From Podarcis pityusensis (taxonomy: Eukaryota): a DNA stretch of 64,000 nt. Under the pieces are notes generated by a model. It was not told the DNA's origin. It saw only the letters and a program-made list of their open reading frames with translations, and did no database searches. The position numbers and the translations under genes are program-made. Positions 1 through 12,250 of the stretch are shown piece by piece; within the stretch, counting starts at the first letter, position 1; each line of letters opens with the position of its first letter. Location of the stretch: the NCBI GenBank assembly GCA_964106645.2, contig OZ067041.1, one strand, 5' to 3'.

Positions 1-1759
1 CTTATTCCAAGCTCTGAATGACCTTTAATGGAAAAACTAAGGATGTGCTGAAGGATATGGCCAGCGTGATTACAGGATTACAGAATTCATTTACAAGGCA
101 TTTTCCTGAGCAAACCCAGTAGATGGTAACCAGACATTCCTGCCCCAGCCACTTCTTCAAATGGGCTTCATTAAAATAATGGGCTGATATAGCACAAACC
201 CAGCTGTTATAGCCACAAAGTGCCTTCCTGCTCTAATTACTGATACCAGGGTATGGGCTCCATGTTAATTACAAATATTTGCTTCTCACTTCAATAGTCA
301 CCCTCACTTCCCCCCTGGTGTTCCTTGTACCAACGTTCTTCTCCTGTTCCAATTTTGCAGTTCCTAACTCACACCTGAAACTTTCTTAATTTCATGCCAG
401 AAACTTCTGCAGCAGTTTAAAAAGATGGTGTAAGCTAAAGCATAAGCCAGTGCCTCTGAAGATCTCTTGTAGAATTTTCCATTTGAAATGTTGCATGATC
501 AATGAGGTGCTACAGTATTTCATTCTGAAACATCCCCGAGAGATGAAGGATGTAAGATAGGAAGGAACAGTGAAATGTCATCTTTGGACAAAGGATAGTT
601 GGAAGAGAGGAAGAAAAGGGGAAGGAGAGTTAATCTGAAAAGAGATATAGTAAAAGAGGACTTGCAGTAGGGTGGGTTGATTGTTTTGAATAAAGTCAGG
701 GCTTTATTTTCCAGCTGGAACTCACCAGAACCTCTCAGGTGGGTGCCATTGCCATTATAAGAGAACAAGGGAGCATTCATGGCTAGTCCGGCATCTCTTT
801 TCCTAGAATAATAGCACTGAATAAAGTTATATAATGCAACACACATTTCATCAGAAACTACTTTCAGTTACCTAGAAAGCCTGTAGCTTAATTATGGTAC
901 CTGAACCACATGTGTAAGCTGGCCCTTAGTTGGCATCTCCTTCATAAGCTTCCTAGACGTTTGCACTGAAGGTAGAACAATAATGGTGATCATTTGTATG
1001 CAGCAATTATTAAGAAAGAAGGTTGGAGGGCAGTGAGAGGAGAAGGGTTACAAGAACATTCAGTTATGTAGGTATTGCTGCCTTCAATGCCATCTATTGT
1101 TGTAAACACAATATTAATATTTATTAAATTTGTTGACTACTGTATACAGGTAGATCTCAGGGTGGTTCACAACAAAAAATTACAATATAAAAAAACCACA
1201 AAATGCATACTAAAATAAGAACAAAGACAAACCAACCCACCCCCCTTCCACAGCACGTTTAAAAGGGTATTGGATGTCAATCAGTCAAAGGTCAGGTTAA
1301 AAAGGAACATTTTTGCCTGGCACCTAAAAGTGTCTAATTCTTATCTGAATTGAGCTTCAGTTTGTTAGCTCTCATCTAGTTCATGATCTAGGCAAGGCTG
1401 TTCATCTTAAAATATTATAAGGGCACCAACCCATCGCCTTGGTATAGGAGAGAGAGAAAATAGAAATTACACAAGGAGAGCAATCCTTTTTTTCAGGAGC
1501 AATAAAGGCAATGTTGGGGGTCGTGGTGCCCTCAGATGATGTTGGTCTCCAACTGCCGTCAGCCCCAGCCAGCAAGGCCAGTGTTCAAAGGATGGTGGGA
1601 GCTGCAGCGCAAAAATATTAAATGCCTTTGCAGGGAGGAAAGAGGCGGCTCTGCAGGAAAACTGAAGAGGAAAAAGCAGCCGCAGACACATCTGCTCTCT
1701 CCTTCCTGCAGAACCACACGAATGAATGGAAACACGTCATGAACAATACAAGCCACGGA

Positions 1760-3800
1760 CGTGAGCGCCAGGAAATACTAAGGCAACGAGTTGTTGTTGC
1801 TGCTACTGCTGCTGATTGGCATAAACGCAGCAAACCTCCCTCTCAACAGCCGAACCCGCAGCCTCTCTCCCCTCCCAGCAGGCTACACATATTCGACCCG
1901 CTTATCGCAAAGCCTGACGGGATTTGTAGTTCCGACTGCGAAGGACCGCACAACCCCGCTCTAAACTTCCGAAGCCAAGATTCCTAGAAACTACGAGCTC
2001 CCTTCCAGATGGAGTCCCGCTTTCGCAGAACCAGCCCTACAGCCCCGGGATTCGGACAGAAGCCGTCTCCTCACGCTGCCCTGAGTTGCGCGGTCATCGC
2101 CCGTCTTTTAAACGACCTCTTGTCCACTGTTTCTCAGCTGATCGAGCGTCTCCGCCATACTCTCGCGATACTTGTTCAGCGATTCATGTTCGGAGTTCAA
2201 GAGACCGGCGGCTAAAAGGGCTCCAGTCGCGATGGGTTTCAAGCCGCATTTCCGGTTACTGGCTGCATATCTCTCCCCGCCCTCCCCCGGCCAAGTGTAG
2301 TGGAAATGCATAGGGATCAACACGGGCTGGTTTTGGAAAGCTGCTCCGAGAACCATTTTAGCTAAAGGGCGGGGTATAAATGCCATAAATAAATAAACAA
2401 CAATGCCACCTTAACCGTTTCCATTCTTAAATAAGTCCTATTGAATTCAGTGATGCTCACTTCTAGGTAAGGGTGGGGGGCGTGGGATAAGTGCAAAATA
2501 AAATTTAAAAACAGCTTTCGTGAATGTGCTTTAAAAGTGGTGCCTTCTACCATAACAAAACGGGTCGCCCCCGCCGAATTTAACACATTATTGGAGGGAA
2601 AAGGTTTCTTCTGTACCTTTACAGATGGAGGCGGCTACCCCTGATGAATTTCTGTCTGTCGTGAGGATTTAGGCATGTACAGACTTCATGTCCCCTTTTA
2701 AACTTTACGAAGCTTCTTTTCTACTCTGAGGGAAACCGTTGTTTCAAAGCGCTGCGGCAAAGAGCGTTTTCTTAAAAAGACAAGCGGGGGGGGGGGGCGA
2801 CACTTCCCATTGCTGCCTCGCTATCTGTTGAATCTCTACCTGACACGAGGCCTTTCCAAGAGTCGCAGGCGACATGCCAGCGAGGAAAGCCTTGAATCTG
2901 ACCAGAATTATGGCATAATACCCGTGTTTCTTTTAAAACCCAGGCTCCTTTTCCACCTCCTGGGTGGGTAGAGTAGACCAGAATTAACTCAAAGCCCGGC
3001 AACGTAAAAAGAGCGAGCGACGTTGTCTGTTTTAACCAAGCCGTCCCCCAAATTCCCACCACTCCTGCCCCGCACATGGAGGATTCCTGGAAGTTCAATC
3101 TGTGACCGGAAGTGAAGTCTGTTCGGAAGCAGCGGCGGCGACTGGGCCTCCCCTCCCAACATCTCTGTCAAGAGGAGGAGGAGGTGCAGCTGGCCGGGCT
3201 TGGTCCCGCCCCTCCCTTCCTTTCAGCCAGTCGGGCCTTTGCTCGAGAATCCCCAGTCGAATTCTTCTGCCTGGCAGTGGGCGGGCGGGGCGGGCGAGGT
3301 CCCGGAAACGCTTCACGGCCCTGTCTAGTGCGCTGACCCGCCCCTTCCCACACTCTTCCCCCCCCCGCCCCCCGCTCGGTCTGCACTCTGCCGGTACCAC
3401 CCGGAGACGCCCCCCTCGCCTCACGCAGACGGAAAGGGGGGGGAGAGTTGCCCCACTCCACACACACACAAACACACCCCGGAAGCGACGGGGGGCTTGG
3501 CCTCCTCTGCTGCCCCCAACGCCCAGGGGCCGGATGGGAGGGGAGCGCGAGATGGTGCTGCTGGAACCGGCCCCCCCGCGAGCGGTGAGAGGGGTGGGGG
3601 GAGGGCCGGGGTGTGTATGTGAGAGAGAGAGAGGTGTGGAGGGATTGTTGGCAAAACATGGCAAGGCGGGTGAGGGGGGCAGGCTGGCTGTGTGTCCAGT
3701 AAGCAGGCAGGAAGGGGTCAAAGTGGTGACTTGAGGGGCAATGCTTGGGGTGGGGGCTCCTATGCCTTGAAAGGGGCGACCCCCCGCTCCACAAACAAAA
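1760..3800. promoter_or_regulatory. CpG-rich promoter region and probable non-coding first exon of TAB3
   Basis: Strong local CpG/GC enrichment against an AT-rich background. ETS/GABP motif ACCGGAAGTG at 3105-3114, GC boxes at ~3278-3297, ZNF143-like ACTACAAATCCC on the - strand at 1919-1930, and TCTCGCGATA at 2161-2170. Lies ~8 kb upstream of the first TAB3 coding exon. Confidence 0.8.
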
Positions 3801-6490
3801 GGCTGCAACAGTGGATGGGCTACTGGGGTGGATTAAAACCTTGTACGGGTTGGGAGGGGGGGATACCAAGTGTGTCCTGGCACCTGCTTAAAAATATGTA
3901 GTAAATGGAAGGCAGGGCATAAACTTTATTCCCCTGTTCTTTATCTGTTTTCATCTTACAAATTTAGCAGTTGTGGTGTTCATGAAGTTGGTAATCAATT
4001 TATAGATGAACTGGGGACTGAAGAAAGGAGGTATATTCTGGGTGATGGGGAACCTGTTTTTGAGGCCTGTTAATCGAGGACCAATGTTAAGGGGTCAGGT
4101 GTCCATCCCCTTGCGTGCACACAACAGGCACACTTTTGGACCTGTATTGCTTGGTTTTGAATGATTAAATCACAGACAGGGTGAAACTTCAATAGGGTGT
4201 GAGTCTTTTCTCTTACACCTACATGCTCAGGAAAACTTTTTGTCTGTTTTGGAGGCTGCTTTCAGGTTGCTTGGATATGCCACACCTTGCATGTATTTGT
4301 ATAGCAGGGATATGAGCAGTGCTACAATTATTACTTTGTTACTGTTGCAAGTAATTGCATATGTAATAGCTGCTTCTGCTGCCTTTATTTTTTGGCATGT
4401 CTCCTCAGCAGGGTGACTGCAGTATGATGCTGCTGCTTTGGTTTTGGCAGCTTTGAAGATAGACAGTCTTGAGTGGTAGCAAGGCCTTGGCAGTATACTG
4501 AAACTTATTCTTGCTAAATATTTTTATATCTTGTTTGGTGTAGGCAAATTTTAGAGTGTATATGTTCAAAAGATTGAGTAAGACCATTCAGGTGTTAGTT
4601 TTTTTCTGTGGGTTTTTTTATGCCATACTTGTGCTAGTCTGGGCCAAGAGCTACTTGTGTGTACTGCATTCATATATAATTAAGAAGCCAGGGTAGCCTT
4701 GCTTCAGGAGAACTGATCTTCACTACAAACCGAAAAAGCTATGAAATGTCAGGGCATTGTTGTAGATGGGAAACTGTGTCACCTGTTTGGCTTTTTTATT
4801 TTGTTTCTCTTCTGGGTAAGCCAACCATACAAATAAGGCAACAAAACAACTAGCCTTCCTGCCCATATGTACCTCTGGTAGTTATTTGTGGCACAAAGGA
4901 AATGGAGTAGAGAGAATCAGTGTTTGTAATGTTTTCATGCCTAAGTAACCCAAAGAAAACGCTTATATGCCTCTGGTTGTGATAAAGGGATTTTCCATTG
5001 TGGTGATGCAGTGGAATAATGCTTCACCTGTAAAAGTAAAATTATGATGATAAAACTTTTAAAAAATATGAGGCAGGTGGAAGGCGATGTGAGTTGTAAT
5101 ACTTGTTGCCTGTAATGTGAGTGTGTTATGTTGTAGGTGACTGTGGAACTTGCACAGCCATGTTTTTTGTTGCACTATTGCAATTGCTACATTTGGTACA
5201 TTAGCTAGGATAAAAACTGCATTTCCCTAGTGACATTGTACTCAGTGGTAGATAAATATGATTTCCTTACAACAGAAGCACAACCTGGATTACAGAGACC
5301 TTCAACCCCTATGATTAGATCTATTCTTATAAAATTATAAACTCTAGTATAGGGGTTTCCAAGCTGTAGTCTGTGAACCACCAGTGGTCCGCAGGCTTCA
5401 TTTAAGTCATCCATAGAATATCTGTAAAAATGCAAATAAAAATCATACATTACCTAGCATAGTACTTGTCAATTGTTATAGCAGGCAGAAAAACCATTAG
5501 GTTGTTTGACAGATTTTAATAAATGTTTAAGTAGTCCATGGGGACAAAGGTCTGGAGGCAAGCACAGTAGTGAACAATAAAAAATTATTCTAATTATGTA
5601 TTATTCCATCCCAAGTGCTTATGTATATTGTTTCTACTAGTGTAGAGGCAAGAGAAAGCATGGATATAACTTTATAAATATATGTATAATGTAATACCAA
5701 ATCTAGAATTTGGTACATTTAGGAAGCATACTTTGAGATGGAGATAAGTACTGATAATCATATTGGAAGTGTAGTAAAAATTGCAGTTTAACTTCTGTGT
5801 TTTGATAGATGTATGATGCCATCTGTGCCACTGTGTGTGAATTGAAGTGGAAGCAAGATTCTCTTGGGACATTCAAAAGGCAACAATAAAGAAGAAAATG
5901 AATCCTTTAAAAAACTGAATAATCTTTTAACTAAGATTTCTCCACATGAAGCATTATATCTTTAGCCCTGTGTCTTGTGAGACCTTTTTCACTTTCAGTG
6001 AAGAATTTCTGCCAAGCAGAGCAGTATAACAAACTTTCTGGCCAGCTGCTCCCAAGCATTGTAAACTGGGGGTTTTCTAGGTTATCTTCTAATTTCCTGT
6101 CAGTCAGTGAAAAGTATTACCTTCTGTAATCTTCACATATTCTGTTTCATAGGAACACAATAATACATCTTGAGCTAGTCTATTAATTTCAAAATAAAAG
6201 AGCTAGATAAATTAAAAGCAACATATATCAGCTGCCATTTACAATGAAATAGATATGCAATGATGAGTATAAACTAGAAACAACTGTTTTAAGGCATTGT
6301 CTCTCTATCTTTTAGTAAGTTCTAGAGTGCTAGCTAGAGATGTAAAATTTCTGGAAGTCTTTAAACTGTAAAAGCAGAAATAATGGGAATTGAAACTTCT
6401 GTAATACTTATTGTACTATTTGGCATATTTATCAATTTTAAAACTTCAAGTGTCTTAGTTTTGTACAAGCAAAATTGCAAATTGGATGTA

Positions 6491-6826
6491 AGGTAAAGGT
6501 AAAGGGACCCCTGACCGACTCTAGGGTTGCGGCGTTCATCTCGCTTTATTGGCTGAGGGAGCCGGCGTACAGCTTCCGGGTCATGTGGCCAGCATGACTA
6601 AGCAGCTTCTCTCGAACCAGAGCAGCACACAGAAATGCCATTTACCTTCCCACCAGAGCAGTACCTATTTATTTACTTGCACTTTGACGTGGTTTCGAAC
6701 TTCTAGGTTGGCAGGAGCAGGGACCAAGCAACGGGAGCTCACCCCGTTACGGGGATTCGAACCGCCAACCTTCTGATCGGCAAGTCCTAGGCTCTGTGGT
6801 TTAACCCACAGCGCCACCCACATCCC
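6491..6826 (-). mobile_element. Sauria SINE (tRNA-derived), near full length
   Basis: The - strand begins GGGATGTGGGTGGCGCTGTGGGTTAAACC, has a B box GGTTCGAATCC, and ends in an (ACCTTT)n-type tail. Flanked by the direct repeat TGGATGTA (6483-6490 and 6829-6836). Confidence 0.9.
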
Positions 6827-8798
6827 TCTGGATGTACTGTACCCAGTTGTAATGCACTTTCTTCTGGGGTTCTCACTCAAACATTCAGATGGTGTTTTTT
6901 TAAAGGCTTTGGTACCCACAATAGGTCTTTTGCAGTTTTTGTCCTACCATCTTCTGACTGTTTTATTTTCCAGCAAGGCAGAGCAATAAGGTGCGTGTTT
7001 CCCCAGTCTGTAAGAGGATGTCCATTGAGGGGTAAGATGAAAAAGTTGGCCACAAGGAAGGGGCCAGGTCAAAAGAAAGCAGAATCAAGTTACTTGCTTC
7101 TAGTCTACTAGTATCTCAAAATCAGACTAGAAGTCGCCAGAAGAAGGCAAGTAGCAATTCACACGTATTGAAGGCCTTTTATAATCCTCTCATGAAGATG
7201 CCACATCCTCTAAATGCAGAAGTGCATTTTGAATTTCAGTGTTATAGATGTAATAATTATCATTATTTAATGCTGCAGATTGCCTTACATTTTCTACCCT
7301 GCATTTCTTCCATCATGGAGTAGAGTTGTCTCCCTTATATCCACAATTACAAGCTAACATCTTACATCAAATCCTGCTTTAGCCCTACTATCTTTGGGCA
7401 TAGACCTGGACTCCACTCTGCACCACAAAGAACACATAGGCTTCTTACTGACTGCAGCATGATTAGCAATAGCTTAACAATGGAAGAACCAGACTGAAAT
7501 ACCCCTGAACATATGTGAAAATAATAGCTGGGATCCAGCAATGTCTGAGCATCTCACCAGACACAGAAGAGCAATGTGGACCCTTTTCTTTAACTATGTT
7601 AATGAACCAAATCAAGACCTTGTTGTACCAACTGATGAGTCTTCTTAGTGGAGATGGTATGTTCAGTAATATGTTTGAACATTGAATGTATAAGCTTATG
7701 TCTAAAGCCAATGGATAGAAGAAACACCATTAGCTGTACATCTGAATGAGTGTTTAATGGTTCTTGTATTTGTATTTGTTAAAAAACCCAATAATAATTG
7801 TGTGTTGTTGTTTTTTTAAAAAAAGACTGGAAATTGGATTCTCAACTTTAGACCCCATGTAGCTTTTAAGTTAACCAGGTAACCATGGCCACATCTGAAC
7901 CTATTTGTATGTGATTGAAGTAGTATAAAAACCAGTAATTTAATATTGAGTGGGCAGTTAGTAATAGGATGTTAGATTTCCCCTCCCCTTTCTAATTCTC
8001 CAGTAGTGGAGAGAGGTGGTGGTGTCATCTTTGTAGGAACCTGGGCAATGCATATAGAGATGCTGTTGTGTGGTAAGTGAAGGATGGATGTGATATAGCA
8101 GGGAACAGTTCTGAAGATGCTGGAAAACGGGAATATATGGTTTGTTGTAGGTAATCCGCCACCAACTCTACACAGCCTGCAAAACTGTCCTATGATTTCT
8201 TGCTTGTGAAAGCAATCTACATCCTGACTTCAGATCCTGTTTGACCATTTGTTGTAGAGCAGTAGGACTGAACATGGAACTGGAATTTTAAGCTGGTTGT
8301 GCAGCAGCCTCTTCATGGGGCTGTCTTTGCATGCTAGCTGTCAAACTATATGGTGCACCTCTTACTATAAGTGAGGCGGCACTTGGCCTAGAAAAGCTAA
8401 AGCAATACAACTCTTTTATTTTTACATTGCAGAATAGTATCTGGAGTCACATTAGTGAACTATCATGGGGAACATGACAGTGGTAGTTTGAACGAGTGCC
8501 ACAAGTTGTATCTACACTGTTGCCTGCTTTTAGTAATTTTTTGGGATTGCTGTGATCATGGCTTCTGAGGACCAACTCGCACAGTTATACTTTACCACTT
8601 ACATTGTAGGATTGGGATCACTTCTAACAGTAATCAGGTGTACAGTATTTTCTGAACCCATGTTCTGCACTCTTCTGGAACAGAATCCAGCCTTCATAAA
8701 TAAGTAGTGAAGCAATCAATGGATAATGTCTTCATTATCCTCTTATTTTAAAATCTATCTTCGTGCATTTGTGTGCCTCTGTTTCATATTCGTAGTTA

Positions 8799-9038
8799 CA
8801 GTCATACCTTGGAAGTCTAACGGAATCCGTTCCAGAAGTCCGTTTGTCTTCCAAAATGTTTGGAAACCAAAGTGTGGCTTCTGATTGGCTGCAGGAAGCT
8901 CATGCAGCCAATCAGAAATACCATCAGATGTTTGGCTTCAAAAAATAGTTTGCAAACCGGAACAGTCACGTCTGGGTTTGTGGTGTTCGGGAGCCAAAAC
9001 AGTCAAGAATAAGCTGTTTGAAAACCAAGGTACAACTG
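8799..9038. mobile_element. Non-autonomous Tc1/mariner (Tigger/pogo-like) MITE
   Basis: Imperfect TIRs CAGTCATACCTTGG ... CCAAGGTACAACTG, with TA on both flanks. Confidence 0.8.
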
Positions 9039-11328
9039 TATTTAGCTTATGCATTTCTTGTACAATTCTGGTGTTGGGAAGCAGACATATTTGTGAAGAT
9101 TCTCTAGTAACAAAATACTAATTGTAGTCTTGCCTGAAAAATTCAGTACTTGAAATAAATGAGTTTTACATTAGACTGTGCCAAGTATTTCTTCCTGATT
9201 TTGCAAAAAAGTATCTTTTGAGTGCATGTTTGGGAGACAAAGTGTGTGAATGAGAGACAGAAATGGAGCATATTATTGTTTGTTGGACAGGGGTGGAGAA
9301 AACAGTTCTAACTTGTTCCACTGTCAAATCTGGGATCTTCTGTCTGGATCCTTGAACTGCATAAGTGTAACACTTCACTTCAGCAAATGCTGAAACAGGA
9401 GTTTGAATTAGGTCAAATCCTTAAACTGTAATCTCCTACCACTCATGTTTAGGAATATGTAGCCAATGATAGTAACATCTACTGAAGCCGCTTCATGCTT
9501 GGTTCCTCTCAATGTATTGATCTGTATTTGAATGTTAGTGGCAATGCTGACAGTATGAGTGCATGGCCAGCCAAATTTCATTCCAGTGAGATTTTTACAT
9601 TTATAAAGATTATCTCTCTAGACTGTCAGATGTAAATGTTGCAGTATGCCTTCTTCCCTAAATGACGTGGAAGGACTGAACTATGCGTTATGCTATACAA
9701 TGCAGCTATCTTTATGTTACAGTCCAGTTCGGGAGTCAGAACTGGAGTGCTAACATATTAAACAGCATTGCTGTGTGTTCCAAGGTGATCAGGCCTGAGA
9801 CACATCCTGGGATCTCTCTGTGCAATGGGATGCCAAGACAAACACCTACAGCCTGGGATCTTACTTTGCCAGTGAATATATGGACACACAAGCAGACCAA
9901 TAACGAAATTACTACTTGACCAAGTTTTCCACAGCTAGTGCATCCTCTCCCTCATGGAGAAATGGGGACTAGAAATTGGATGGAAGGAGTTATCCTACCT
10001 AAGCAGACTAGCCCTCATCCACACCAATACCAAGGATGGGGTAATACTCGCACAAAGGATCCTGGCTAGGGACCCTTGTAACAAGTGAAAATAGGAAAAG
10101 GGTGAGGCATGAGAGAAGGAAGTGCTGCAGAGACCTTACCTCTTTGAAGGTTCTCTGTGTGGGCTTCTTGGAATTGGCACTGAGAGAGAACTGTCTTTAT
10201 ACAGGTACAAAATGGAGAACAAAGCCCTATCTCTCGGGATCCAGAATGCCATAAGTCTGTAGAAACAACATTATCCATTGCCAAAATCCAGGCTTCACAC
10301 ACATGGGAACATCCATTATGTAGACCTAGATTCTCTGCATATTAAAGTAGCAAAGTCCAGATTACTTGCATCACAGTTGCAGCTTGATTTTCACACCTCA
10401 TATCCACTAGTCCTAGTCATCTTTTTTGCTTCCAACCTTTGAAAGGGAAAAACCATTCACATTCCCCACCCCCGCAAATGTCTCATTTCTGCTTATGTGG
10501 TCACTAAGCAGTTACTAAGGCTCCTTATCTTCAAGGTTGGATTGCTTCTACAAAGCTTCATTCACTGTACTAAGTTTCTGGTCTTTCTGGGTTACATACA
10601 TGTACTTAACTTTAAAATGAAAGGATAGGACAGAATTAAGAAGTTTGATATATGTAATATTATATATACTATAGAATGAATACAGTATGTCATAAGCATA
10701 AATACTTCAAACATTTACTTACCAGGTTACCAAATACACAAGGTACATTTAGCAATGTTTTCAGATACATGGGTCACCCACCTCTGCTTGCCATTAATTT
10801 GGGAAAATCCAAGTAACTATTCATGTTAGTTTTGAAGTGTATGTTCAGAGTGTGATTTGCTATGTAGTTCCTCTTCTATTTTGAACTGAAGAGAAATCTA
10901 AAGGTGAGGATGGTAGAGATGTACTGGTCCCAAGCTCTCTTGCTAGAAGAAGCATAATTAAGAAAGTTACTTTTGGGAGGGACAAGCTTGCTCATGTCTC
11001 ATTTATTTGAAGATTCCTGTCCCAAGTCTAGGAAAGGAAAGTTGTTTTCAAGTACAATCCTATAGAGTATATGTTGTAATTATTCTTCACTGTGGCACTG
11101 AGTGATGAAAGTCATAGCCTTATGAAATAATAATCTGAGACTTTGATATTCATATGTCCATCAGATATGTATATGTTTTTGTGTGATTGTCTAAATCATG
11201 TTAAACTATTTCTTCATTTTATTTTATTTGTATTTATAGAAGATGCCAAAAGCATCAGAAGAGCATAGCCACTGGGAAGCCTGTTGACTGCTATTTTCTT
11301 AGAGTCTTGAGACTAACATCAGACTGAC

Positions 11329-11430
11329 ATGGCACAGAGCAGCCAGCAACTCGACATGCAGGTACTCCATGACCTCCGGCAACATTTCCCCGAGATTCCA
11401 GAGAGTGTGGTGTCACAGTGCATGCTCCAG
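11329..11430 (+). CDS. TAB3: TAB3 coding exon 1 (N-terminal part of CUE domain)
   Basis: Translates [34 protein letters not shown], containing the CUE FP motif and matching the TAB2/3 N-terminus. Donor CAG|gtaaga. The exon acceptor is at ~11239 in the 5' UTR. Confidence 0.97.
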
Positions 11431-11615
11431 GTAAGAGATAAAACAGTGGTTTCTCTTTGAAAAGAGTTCATTGTAATATGCTAGTAAGATCCACACACAA
11501 TTTCATCTTCTTTGTTTCTAAAAGATAAAGGCTTTTTTTGTGGGGTTGAGGGTGAAAACTTAATTCCAAGCTAGGTCTTCAGGCTTCCCATAGCATACTT
11601 CATTATATGTTAACA

Positions 11616-12060
11616 CAAAGATTTTCAACTTTTTTGAGTCCGTGGCTCCCTTGACCAACTACATTCTTTCTGTGGCTCCCCTGTGGGGAAATGCACTTTG
11701 AGTCTCAGGAGCTTATTTATGTTGCCCCTTGCCTGCTGAGCTGTCAGCCCCTCACCCCTTTGGGACACCTCTCCTCAGGAATCCTCACCTGCCTGCTTGC
11801 TTGCTTGCTTGCTTGCTTGCTCACTCCAAGGCCACCTCAGCTCCTGGCAACCAGCACCTCCTGCCCTGCCCTTGTGGCAGCATTCACCTAGAGAACTTGT
11901 AGCCAGGGCCGGTGCAAGAAACCGCTGTGCAAGCCTTTGGAGGCATAGACTTGAGAGGGCACCAGAGGAGGGGAAGGAGGCCAGGGCTGCCCATGGCGCA
12001 CCTGACCACCACCATCTGAAGTGCCCCAGGGTGCCATGGCGCACTGGTTGAAAACCACTG
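11616..12060. mobile_element. hAT-like non-autonomous DNA transposon with internal (GCTT)n
   Basis: Imperfect TIRs CAAAGATTTTCAAC ... GTTGAAAACCACTG, TTAACA repeated at both flanks, GC-rich interior. Confidence 0.6.
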
Positions 12061-12204
12061 TTAACATATCTTTCACTAATAAAATAGATTCTACTCGTAC
12101 CACTTTAATTTAGTTAAAAATCCCATTGCATCTAATTAGCACAGGTACAGGTTATGTCCTGTTGAGATCAGCGAGATTAAAACAATGGTTAAGCTCTTAA
12201 ATGC

Positions 12205-12250
12205 TATCTATCTATATCATCTATCTATCTATCTATCTATCTATCTACCT
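12205..12250. repeat. (TATC)n microsatellite, imperfect
   Basis: Tandem ctat/atct units seen directly. Confidence 0.85.

Noticed and set aside
1467-2386. Several 65-121 aa ORFs upstream of the TAB3 promoter
   Set aside because: No recognisable homology or consistent splice structure.
3095-3869. Overlapping 210-237 aa ORFs on both strands
   Set aside because: Low-complexity Pro/Gly/Arg translations expected from a stop-poor CpG island. No recognisable domain.
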